The notes beneath the pieces were generated by a model. It worked only from the letters and a program-made list of their open reading frames with translations. It was not told where the DNA came from and searched no databases. Below are positions 38,601 through 49,500 of a stretch of 64,000 nucleotides of DNA, in pieces. The stretch covers positions 15,686,001-15,750,000 of the forward strand of contig OZ024744.1 in the NCBI GenBank assembly GCA_964016885.1, given 5' to 3'. This DNA is from Eledone cirrhosa. Its lineage: Eukaryota. Each line of letters opens with the position of its first letter. The stretch's first letter is position 1. A program made the translations under genes and the position numbers.

Positions 38601-39950
38601 ACTTACATTTCCTTTCGCAAACACCCTAACACCGTTCAAACTAAACTTAGGAATGATATTAAGAAATGTAGGTCTTCTAGTAACACTTTCGTTCTTTCCG
38701 ACAAAACTAATAATATTTACGAAGTCGACAACACCACTTTCCGCTACCTGGCCCATAACGCTATTACTTCCAAATATAAGAAAGCTAACCCTATGACCTA
38801 CCACGACATTAATACAGAAGCCAAAGAACTTGCCGCCGCCCTTAAGGTAGATAAGAAGTTACAATCTCTAGTTAAGCGGGAGGCGTTCCTCACCCTGAAA
38901 GATCACAAGGTAGACTTTACTTCTAACCCCACATGTAGACTAATAAACTCGGCACGCACAGATATGGGACTAGTGAGTAAGGCCATACTTAGAAACATAG
39001 TTAAGACCATTAGGACCAAGTCCAACCTGTCCCAGTGGGAGAACAGCGACTCCATAATTAAGTGGTTTAACTCCTTAAAATCCCAAAAAGCGAAGTTCAC
39101 ACAGTTTGACATTGTTGATTTTTACCCGTCGATCTCAGAGATCCTGTTAAACAAAGCGTTGGACTTCGCTACCACTTACACTACCGTTGATAGTTTAGAC
39201 AGAGAAATCATCGCTCACTGCCCAAAAACCCTCCTCTTCAACGACGGAGTAGTCTGGGCAAAAAAGTCAACAACTTCAGACCTATTCGACGTCTCCATGG
39301 TATCGTTTGACAGTGCTGACGTATGTGACTTGGTTGGCCTATTTATTTTAGACATATTACGTGTTAGATTCCCGGACTTCCACACGGGAATATACCGCGA
39401 CGATGGACTGACCTTATCGAGCCATAAAAGTGGTCACGACCTCGACCGGTTTAAAAAAGACTTAGCTTCTACCTTCAATGAGTTAGGACTTAGGATAACA
39501 GTAGCTAACACCCTCTCTAGCGTAGATTTCTTAGACATTAATTCAGACCTTCGCACACACACCTACAGACCCTTCCATAAGCTAAACGAAGAACTCAATT
39601 ACATTCACAAGGACTCATGCCACCTTCCCACTGGTTTTACAAACTTCGTAAATAATATCAGTACTAGAATCTCAAACCTCTCCTCTAATAGGGCTATCTT
39701 TGACAGGGCGGCATCCTACTATAACACGGCGTTAGCTAACAGCGTCTTACGCAACCTATCACTTACTCTCCCACTATCAACAACAGTAATAAGAAAAGAA
39801 AGCGTAACAATAGACAAAGTATCTGCCCCCCCCCCACTTCTCACTCAACGTTAAAACCAATGTAGGCAAAACATTTCTATCCCTCTTAGATAGACACTTT
39901 CCCATAGGTCATAAATACGGCTCCATCTTTAACCGACACAAAGTAAAAGA
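38601..39950 (+). pseudogene. PLE reverse transcriptase (core plus thumb), frameshifted
   Basis: The frame is open from 38601 (ISFRKHPNTVQTKLRNDIKK...SDKTNNIY) into ORF 38793-39854 with LKDHK, NPTCRLIN, FDIVDFYPSI, SFDSADVCDLVG, GIYRDDGL, VDFLDI and YRPFHK motifs. The thumb continues in shifted frames (KKRKRN; [38 protein letters not shown]), with breaks at ~39744, ~39826-39835 and ~39949. Confidence 0.92.
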
Positions 39951-40466
39951 TACTCCTGCGCTAAGAACATGAAGGCCCACATCACCAACAGCCCTAAGAG
40001 CAACACCCCACCAGGGTGCTCAGGTTGTAAGCCTGAAGTTTGTCTCCTTCAACAGCAATGCAATACACTCGGTGTAATTTATGAAGCTGTGGTCACTTCC
40101 AACCGACCAAATCAACCACAGGAGGTCAAATCCTATGTGGGTATGGTGGAGGGCCAATTTAAGGAACGCTTCCTGAACCACCAGTCGACCTTTAGGTACC
40201 CATACAGACGTTCATCCACGAAACTCGCGAGCCACGTATGGTCCCTCAAGGACTCAAGTATAGACTACTCCATTCAATGGAAAGCCACCACTAAGTCCAA
40301 GCCATACGCAAGGGGAAATCCGTTGTGTGGACTATGTATTGATGAACGAATAAATATTCTAAAGAGATTATGCAATAGCGATTGCCTAAACATGAGAAAT
40401 GAATTCTTCACACGTTGTCCTCACGTCTCGAAACATCTCTTACGTAACTACAAACCTCCGGATTGA
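39951..40466 (+). pseudogene. GIY-YIG endonuclease domain of the PLE polyprotein
   Basis: YSCAKNM leads in frame into ORF 39969-40466: Cys cluster CSGC..C..C, GVIYEAVV...SYVG...FKERFLNH, TKLASHVWSLK, CGLCIDE, LNMRNEFFTRCPH. Confidence 0.9.
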
Positions 40467-40634
40467 ATTACAACAACATCCTAATTTTCTTATCAACTAG
40501 AAACTTTTCTGACTTTCGCAGTTATCTCCTTACACCTCTCGCACACATTTTAGTATTGCCTGTGTGAAGTGATCGTTTCTGCGCATGCACGTTCGTACGG
40601 TTGTCCTTCCTGTTCCGTATAACCATGTCCATTG

Positions 40635-40672
40635 CGAGCTGAGGATCCGCTAAGGTGAAACAATTGTTCTCG
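40635..40672 (+). ncRNA. Type I hammerhead ribozyme in the PLE 3' UTR
   Basis: CGAG-CUGAGGA-UCC(GCUAA)GGU-GAAA-CAAUUG-UU-CUCG: canonical core, stem I CGAG/CUCG extendable by ACCAUG(40622-27)/UAUGGU(40674-79), palindromic stem III, GUU triplet. Confidence 0.8.
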
Positions 40673-41007
40673 GTATGGTGAACTAACTGTTGTGTAACCA
40701 CGCGAAATTTAATGAACTTTTTCACGTGACAGCCTTAATTTCATTTATAACCAATCAAATTACATTTATAAAAAAAAGCCTTCGTGAGCCCCCTTTTTTT
40801 AAGTTAAAAGAAATTCAAACACTCGTATATGAAAAAAACAACCTGAGCCCCCCCCCCCCCCCCACCCTTGTTTGAATAACTTTGTAACGCGAACTGGGTC
40901 GAAATTTATTATACTTATTGAGCAACCAATCAAATTACTTCTCTAAAAACCTGGCGTTTCGAGCCACTTTTTTCCATATAAAACAAGTAACATTCAAAGA
41001 CCAACCA

Positions 41008-41341
<334 letters not shown>

Positions 41342-41422
41342 GTTATTCCGGGTTGAATCGGAGGTAACCACAGTAAGTAAGGTACTCAATACATAGCAGA
41401 GTATAACAGTTTTAATATAGAT

Positions 41423-41475
41423 GAGATTCTACAGGACTAGAACTGTTTCATTCATTAGAAATCATCAGGAATCCC
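41423..41475 (-). ncRNA. Type I hammerhead ribozyme (intact), left arm of the palindrome
   Basis: Minus strand: GGGAUUC-CUGAUGA-UUUC(UAAU)GAAU-GAAA-CAG(UUCUAGUC)CUG-UA-GAAUCUC; 7-bp stem I, canonical core, GUA triplet. Confidence 0.85.
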
Positions 41476-41479
41476 TGAT

Positions 41480-41530
41480 GATTCCTGTTGATTTCTAATG
41501 AATGAAACAGTTCTAGTCCTGTAGAATCTC
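41480..41530 (+). ncRNA. Hammerhead ribozyme copy with core mutation (CUGUUGA), probably inactive
   Basis: Same fold as the left arm, but the invariant A6 is U (41488). Confidence 0.7.
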
Positions 41531-41531
41531 A

Positions 41532-41533
<2 letters not shown>

Positions 41534-41567
<34 letters not shown>

Positions 41568-41592
41568 ATGTATATATCTATATATATATATA
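41534..41592. repeat. (AT)n microsatellite
   Basis: Direct reading. Confidence 0.93.
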
Positions 41593-41853
41593 TTCACGTA
41601 TATAGATGTGTGTGCACACAAATAATTAAATAATTCATAATACCGGAAGTGGTCTAATCGCCAACAACCGAAACATATTAAGATATTCAGGAATAAACTA
41701 AACTCGTAGGTGGACGCAATTTTCGTCAGAAATGTCATAATCTTGTCTCAGTTCAGCTCATAAATATATGGACTTTTATTAAGGAGAATATAACGATATC
41801 ATTGCGAGAAATTCACAACTCGGGAAAACTGTGAAGTTGCCAAAATGTTCTGA

Positions 41854-42028
41854 TATTTTCATGTCATACGACACAATATCTTGGTATTTTCATGTCATAC
41901 GACAAAATATCTTGGTATTTTCATGTCATACGACACAATATCTTGGTATTTTCATGTCATACGACACAATATCTTGGTATTTTCATGTCATACGACACAA
42001 TATCTTGGTATTTTCATGTCATACGACA
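41854..42028. repeat. 31-bp minisatellite, ~5.6 copies (TATTTTCATGTCATACGACACAATATCTTGG)
   Basis: Units start at 41854, 41885, 41916, 41947, 41978 and 42009; one substitution seen. Confidence 0.97.
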
Positions 42029-42218
42029 GGAAATGTTGAAATCAGCTGACGAGAAAATAACCGTCTTCTCTGCTGTATTCTTAACACGCGTTGTGGCAAA
42101 AAATTACCCTTGTTTTCTTCAACGTTTGTATCAGCTTCTGTTACGTTTGTATCATATGGGAAGCTGCTAAAAAAGCGCTCAACATAAGATATATAAATGT
42201 GATTCAAATATAGATTGC

Positions 42219-42340
42219 GAGAGGAAGAGAGGGAGAGAGGGGAGAGAGAAAGAGAGGGCATGCCTATATACATATAAAGAGAGGGAGAGAGAGAGGGGGA
42301 GAGACTAAGAGAGAGAGTGGGTGAGAGAGAGAAAGAGAGA
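42219..42340. repeat. Degenerate (GA)n purine tract
   Basis: Direct reading. Confidence 0.85.
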
Positions 42341-42394
42341 TCCTCTAAGTAATCACTCGATTTGCTAGACACATTAGTCAAGTTACCTTTATGA

Positions 42395-42562
42395 TTCCCA
42401 TTCGGTGACGAATAACCATGGGTTTCTGCACCTAGAACTTTCCCTCCGAGGCACATGCCCGACCAAGGTGTTTTTGTGCAAAACCAACAGTCACCCATTC
42501 ACCTCTCCATACCCCCGATGTTGTCCAAAAGAAAGGCAAAAGCCGATACAGCTTGACACAAA
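42395..42562 (-). mobile_element. 3' part of a second SINE family (octopus-type)
   Basis: Shares AGGCAA..GCCGATACAGCTTGACACAA (42534-42562) with 43131-43159; the minus-strand tail GTGCCTCGGAGGGAAAGTTCTAGGTGCA..CCCATGG resembles an octopus SINE 3' end recalled from memory, not searched. Confidence 0.6.
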
Positions 42563-42667
42563 AAATATAAATATATATATATATATATATAACGAAAGAA
42601 TTGTGGTAAGGAACCTGATAGACCATAACGCACCAGAGTACTCAATACTTAGGGTAGTAGAGTGTGT

Positions 42668-42726
42668 CATAGGAAGAAGTATGACCCCGACGGCAGAGCT
42701 CTGCCGTCGAGGTCATACTTTTTCTT

Positions 42727-42729
<3 letters not shown>
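42668..42729. repeat. 62-bp loopless palindrome
   Basis: Centre 42698/42699 (GAG|CTC); 31-bp arms with one C.A mismatch and two G.T pairs. Confidence 0.93.
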
Positions 42730-42995
<266 letters not shown>

Positions 42996-43111
42996 GTGAA
43001 AAATGGCGTGCTGCGTTGTTGCAAATGGGATACATCACCTTGAGGTATATGGTCTTTAATGCGAAGAAATACCGATAATGGCTGGAAGATCACTGATGAC
43101 GGACACTATAT

Positions 43112-43312
43112 ATGTTGTTGTTGAAGGTAGAGGCAATGGGCGATACATCTTGACACAAGAAACGTCGCACCTCATTTCTACAACTGAGTAAAGTGAAACA
43201 ACGTGAAATAAAACGTCTTGCTCAATGACACAACGCACCGCCCAGATCCTGGATTTCAATTCACAGCCCCATGATTGTGAATCCAATGCAATAAACACTA
43301 AGCTCCGAGCCT
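43112..43312 (-). mobile_element. 5' part of a degenerate tRNA-derived SINE
   Basis: Minus strand has decayed A/B boxes (GAGCTTAGTGT; GAATTGAAATCC), then GTTGTGTCATTGAGCAAGACGTTTTATTTCACGTTG..ACTCAGTTGTAGAAATGAG, similar to the widespread GTGTCCTTGAGCAAGACACT SINE motif. Confidence 0.65.
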
Positions 43313-43567
43313 TCAGCAGACTAGCATACTATCTATTAAAAAAAAGGAGACACTGGAAATTTCACCGTATAAAATACCACGAAGATGAGATAGTAACGGC
43401 TTTAACCAGCGGTCTGTTAAACCAAAAGCTGACCTAATTGTTTTATTGCGCCAGCAGTCCAACATTCCTGACAAAATCTCTCCAAAATTCACGGTTTTCC
43501 ATTCCTCCTAGTAACTGTCGCTACTGAGGTTTGTATCACCTAAGAAATGATCGATGCTTGAGGAGGT

Positions 43568-46500
43568 CTTCCTCTACTGTGTCTCCTGTGTGTTGGTTCC
43601 CACAATAGTAACTTGTGTATAACTTCCTCTACTGTGTCTCCTGTGTGTTGGTTCCCACAATAGTAACTTGTGTATAATTTCCTCTACTGTATCTCCCGTG
43701 TGTTGGTTCCCACAATAGGAAATTGTGTATAACTTCCTCTACTGTATCTCCTGTGTGTTGGTTCCCACAATAGTAACTTGTGTATAACTTCCTCTACTGT
43801 ATCTCCTGTGTGTTGGTTCCCACAATAGTAACTTGTGTATAACTTCCTCTACTGTATCTCCTGTGTGTTGGTTCCAACAATAGTAACTTGTGTATAAATT
43901 CCTCTACTGTGTCTCCCGTGAGTTGGTTCCCACAATAGTAACTTGTGTATAACTTCCTCTACTGTGTCTCCTGTGTGTTGGTTCCCACAATAGTAACTTG
44001 TGTATAACTTCCTCTACTGTATCTCCTGTGTGTTGGTTCCCACAATAGTAACTTGTGTATAACTTCCTCTACTGTGTCTCCTGAGTGTTGGTTCCCACAA
44101 TAGTAACTTGTGTATGACTTCCTCTACTATGTCTCTCGTGAGTTGGTTCCCACAATAGTAACTTGTGTATAACTTCCTCTACTGTGTCTCCCGTGAGTTG
44201 GTCCCCACAATAGTAACTTGTGCATAACTTCCTCTACTGTATCTCATGTGTGTTGGTTCCCACAATAGTAACTTGTGTATAACTTCCTCTACTGTATCTC
44301 CTGTGTGTTGGTTCCCACAATAGTAACTTGTGTATAACTTCCTCTACTGTGTTTCCCGTGAGTTCGTCCCCACAATAGTAACTTGTGTATAACTTACTCT
44401 ACTGTGTCTCCCGTGAGTTGGTCCCCACAATAGTAACTTGTGTATAACTTCCTCTACTGTATCTCCTGTGTGTTGGTTCCCACAATAGTAACTTGTGTAT
44501 AACTTCCTCTACTGTATCTCCTGTGTGTTGGTTCGCACAATAGTAACTTGTGTATAACTTCCTCTACTGTGTCTCCCGTGAGTTGGTTCCCACATTAGTA
44601 ACTTGTGTATAACTTCCTCTACTGTGTGTCCCGTGAGTTGGTTCCCACAATAGTACCTTGTGTATAACTTCTCTACTGTGTCTCCTGTGTGTTGGTTCCC
44701 ACAATAGTAACTTGTGTATAACTTCCTCTACTGTGTCTCCCGTGAGTTGGTCCCCACAATAGTAACTTGTGTATAACTTCCTCTACTGTGTCTCCTGTGT
44801 GTTGGTTCCCACAATAGTAAATTGTGTATAACTTCCTCTACTGTATCTCCTGTGTGTTGGTTCCCACAATAGTAAATTGTGTATAACTTCCTCTACTGTA
44901 TCTCCTGTGTGTTGGTTCCCACAATAATAACTTGTGTATAACTTCCTCTACTGTGTCTCCCGTGAGTTGGTTCCCACAATAGTAACTTGTGTATAACTTC
45001 CTCTACTGTGTCTCCTGTGTGTTGGTTCCCACAATAGTAACTTGTGTATAACTTCCTCTACTGTGTCTCCTGTATGTTGGTTCCCACAATAGTAACTTGT
45101 GTATAACTTCCTCTACTGTATCTCCTGTGTGTTGGTTCCCACAATAGTAACTTGTGTATAACTTCCTCTACTGTGTCTCCTGTGTGTTGGTTCCCACAAT
45201 AGTAACTTGTGCATAACTTCCTCTACTGTGTCTCTCGTGAGTTGGTTCCAACAATAGTAACTTGTGTATAAATTCCTCTACTGTGTCTCCCGTGAGTTGG
45301 TTCCCACAATAGTAACTTGTGTATAAATTCCTCTACTGTGTCTCCTGTGTGTTGGTTCCCACAATAGTAACTTGTGTATAACTTCCTCTACTGTATCTCC
45401 TGTGTGTTGGTTCCCACAATAGTAACTTGTGTATAACTTCCTCTACTGTGTCTCCTGAGTGTTGGTTCCCACAATAGTAACTTGTGTATGACTTCCTCTA
45501 CTGTGTCTCTCGTGAGTTGGTTCCCACAATAGTAACTTGTGTATAACTTCCTCTACTGTGTCTCCCGTGAGTTGGTCCCCACAATAGTAACTTGTGCATA
45601 ACTTCCTCTACTGTATCTCCTGTGTGTTGGTTCCCACAATAGTAACTTGTGTATAACTTCCTCTATTGTATCTCCTGTGTGTTGGTTCCCACAATAGTAA
45701 CTTGTGTATAACTTCCTCTACTGTGTCTCCCGTGAGTTCGTCCCCACAATAGTAACTTGTGTATAACTTACTCTACTGTGTCTCCCGTGAGTTGGTCCCC
45801 ACAATAGTAACTTGTGTATAACTTCCTCTACTGTATCTCCTGTGTGTTGGATCCCACAATAGTAACTTGTGTATAACTTCCTCTACTGTATCTCCTGTGT
45901 GTTGGTTCGCACAATAGTAACTTGTGTATAACTTCCTCTACTGTGTCTCCCGTGAGTTGGTTCCCACAATAGTAACTTGTGTATAACTTCCTATACTGTG
46001 TGTCCCGTGAGTTGGTTCCCACAATAGTACCTTGTGTATAACTTCCTCTACTGTGTCTCCTGTGTGTTGGTTCCCACAATAGTAACTTGTGTATAACTTC
46101 CTCTACTGTGTCTCCCGTGAGTTGGTCCCCACAATAGTAACTTGTGTATAACTTCCTCTACTGTGTCTCCTGTGTGTTGGTTCCCACAATAGTAAATTGT
46201 GTATAACTTCCTCTACTGTATCTCCTGTGTGTTGGTTCCCACAATAGTAAATTGTGTACAACTTCCTCTACTGTATCTCCTGTGTGTTGGTTCCCACAAT
46301 AATAACTTGTGTATAACTTCCTCTACTGTGTCTCCCGTGAGTTGGTTCCCACAATAGTAACTTGTGTATAACTTCCTCTACTGTGTCTCCTGTGTGTTGG
46401 TTCCCACAATAGTAACTTGTGTATAACTTCCTCTACTGTGTCTCCTGTATGTTGGTTCCCACAATAGTAACTTGTGTATAACTTCCTCTACTGTATCTCC

Positions 46501-49500
46501 TGTGTGTTGGTTCCCACAATAGTAACTTGTGTATAACTTCCTCTACTGTGTCTCCTGTGTGTTGGTTCCCACAATAGTAACTTGTGCATAACTTCCTCTA
46601 CTGTGTCTCTCGTGAGTTGGTTCCCACAATAGTAACTTGTGTATAACTTCCTCTACTGTGTCTCCCGTGAGTTGGTCCCCACAATAGTAACTTGTGCATA
46701 ACTTCCTCTACTGTATCTCCTGTGTGTTGGTTCCCACAGTGTATAACTTCCTCTACTGTATCTCCTGTGTGTTGGTTCCCACAATAGTTACTTGTGTATA
46801 ACTTACTCTACTGTGTCTCCCGTGAGTTGGTCCCCACAATAGTAACTTGTGTATAACTTACTCTACTGTGTCTCCCGTGAGTTGGTCCCCACAATAGTAA
46901 CTTGTGTATAACTTCCTCTACTGTATCTCCTGTGTGTTGGTTCCCACAATAGTAACTTGTGTATAACTTACTCTACTGTATCTCCTGTGTGTTGGTTCCC
47001 ACAATAGTAACTTGTGTTTAACTTCCTCTACTGTTTCTCCCGTGAGTTGGTTCCCACAATAGTAACTTGTGTATAGCTTCCTCTACTGTGTCTCTCGTGA
47101 GTTGGTTCCCACAATAGTAACTTGTGTATAACTTCCTCTACTGTGTCTCCCGTGAGTTGGTCCCCACAATAGTAACTTGTGCATAACTTCCTCTACTGTA
47201 TCTCCTGTGTGTTGGTTCCCACAATAGTAACTTGTGTATAACTTACTCTACTTTGTCTCCCGTGAGTTGGTCCCCACAATAGTAACTTGTGTATAACTTA
47301 CTCTACTGTGTGTCCCGTGAGTTGGTCCCCATAATAGTAACTTGTGTATAACTTACTCTACTGTATCTCCTGTGTGTTGGTTCCCACAATAGTAACTTGT
47401 GCATAACTTCCTCTACTGTATCTCCTGTGTGTTGGTTCCCACAATAGTAACTTGTGTATAACTTACTCTACTGTGTCCCCCGTGAGTTGGTTCCCACAAT
47501 AGTAACTTGTGTATAACTTCCTCTACTGTGTGTCCCGTGAATTGGTTCCCACAATAGTAACTTGTGTATAACTTCCTCTACTGTGTCTCCCGTGAGTTGG
47601 TCCCCACAATAGTAACTTGTATATAACTTCCTCTACTGTGCATCCCGTGTGTTGGTTCCCACAATAGTAACTTGTGTATAACTTCCTCTACTGTGTCTCC
47701 TGTGTGTTGGTTCCCACAATAGTAACCTGTGTATAACTTCCTCTACTGTATCTCCTGTGTGTTGGTTCCTACAATAGTAACTTGTGTATAACTTCCTCTA
47801 CTCTATCTCCTGTGTGTTGGTTCCCACAATAGTAAATTGTGTATAACTTCCTCTACTGTATCTCCTGTGTGTTGGTTCCCACAATAGTAACTTGTGTATA
47901 ACTTGCTCTACTGTATCTCCTGTGTGTTGGTTCCCACAATAGTAAATTGTGTATAACTTCCTCTACTGTAATCCTGTGTGTTGGTTCCCACAATAATAAC
48001 ATGTGTATAACTTCCTCTACTGTGTCTCCCGTGAGTTGGTTACCACAATAGTAACTTGTGTATAACTTCCTCTACTGTGTCTCCTGTATGTTGGTTCCCA
48101 CAATAGTAACTTGTGTATAACTTCCTCTACTGTATCTCCTGTGTGTTGGTTCCCACAATAGTAACTTGTGTATAACTTCCTCTACTGTGTCTCCCGTGAG
48201 TTGGTTCCCACAATAGTAACTTGTGTATAACTTCCTCTACTGTGTCTCCTGTGTGTTGGTTCCCACAATAGTAACTTGTGTATAACTTCCTCTACTGTAT
48301 CTCCTGTGTGTTGGTTCCCACAATAGTAAATTGTGTATAACTTCCTCTACTGTATCTCCTGTGTGTTGGTTCCCACAATAGTAACTTGTGTATAACTTCC
48401 TCTACTGTGTCTCCCGTGAGTTGGTTCCCACAATAGTAACTTGTGTATAACTTCCTCTACTGTGTCTCCCGTGAGTTGGTCCCCACAATAGTAACTTGTG
48501 CATAACTTGCTCTACTGTATCTCCTGTGTGTTGGTTCCCACAATAGTAACTTGTGTATTACTTGCTCTACTGTATCTCCTGTGTGTTGGTTACCACAATA
48601 GTAACTTGTGTATAACTTCCTCTACTGTATCTCCTGTGTGTTGGTTCCCACAATAATAACATGTGTATAACTTCCTCTACTGTGTCTCCCGTGAGTTGGT
48701 TCCCAGAATAGTAACTTGTGTATAACTTCCTCTACTGAGTCTCCCGTGAGTTGGTCCCCACAATAGTAACTTGTGCATACCTTCCTCTACTGTATCTCCT
48801 GTGTGTTGGTTCCCACAATAGTAACTTGTGTATAACTTCCTCTACTGTGTCTCCCGGGAGTTGGTTCACACAAAAGTAACTTGTGTATAACTTCCTCTAC
48901 TGTGTCGCCCGTGAGTTGGTCCCCACAATAGTAACTTGTGCATAACTTGCTCTACTGTATCTCCTGTGTGTTGGTTCCCACAATAGTAACTTGTGTATAA
49001 CTTCCTCTTTGTCTCCCGTGAGTTGGTTCCCACAATAGTAACTTGTGTATAACTTCCTCTACTGTGTCTCCCGTGAGTTGGTTCCCACAATAGTAACTTG
49101 TGTATAACTTCCTCTACTCTGTCTCCCGTGAGTTGGTTCCCACAATAGTAACTTGTGTATAACTTCCTCTACTGTGTCTCTTGTGTGTTGGTTCCCATAA
49201 TGGTAACTTGTGTATAACTTCCTCCACTGTGTCTCCTGTGTGTCGGTTCCCACAATAGTAACTTGTGTATAACTTCCTCTACTGTATCTCCTGTAGGTTG
49301 GTTGCCACAATAGTAACTTGTGTATAACTTCCTCTACTGTGTCTCCTGTGTGTTGGTTCCCAAAATAGTAACTTGTGTATAACTTCCTCTACTGTGTCTC
49401 CTATGTGTTGATTCCCACAATAGTAACTTGTGTATAACTTCCTCTACTGTGTCTCCCGTTAGTTGGTCCCCACAATAATATCTTGTGTATAACTTCCTCT

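Larger units (their letters stand above)
41415..41538. repeat. 124-bp palindrome: 59-bp arms, 6-nt spacer, 1 mismatch
   Basis: 41415-41473 is the reverse complement of 41480-41538 except at 41465/41488. Confidence 0.97.

Noticed and set aside
38532-39112. ORFs overlapping the RT in other frames or on the opposite strand
   Set aside because: Shadow frames of the PLE coding sequence with no recognisable motifs.
39744-39950. Programmed frameshift or separate RT and endonuclease genes
   Set aside because: Three separate breaks with lost residues fit mutational decay of a single ORF better.
38601-40620. Selenocysteine recoding as reported for some Naiad PLEs
   Set aside because: Conserved Cys positions use TGC/TGT. 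The only relevant TGA (40464-40466) follows the C-terminal KPPD, and no SECIS could be identified by eye.
41475-41519. Plus-strand CTGATGA at the palindrome centre as a hammerhead core
   Set aside because: Stems I and II do not form in that register; the coherent fold uses CUGUUGA at 41485.
41642-41651. ETS consensus ACCGGAAGTG
   Set aside because: A single short motif with no linked gene or start site.
43093-43166. CTGATGA ... GAAACGTC as another hammerhead
   Set aside because: No convincing stems I or II, and the GAAAC lies in the antisense of a SINE.
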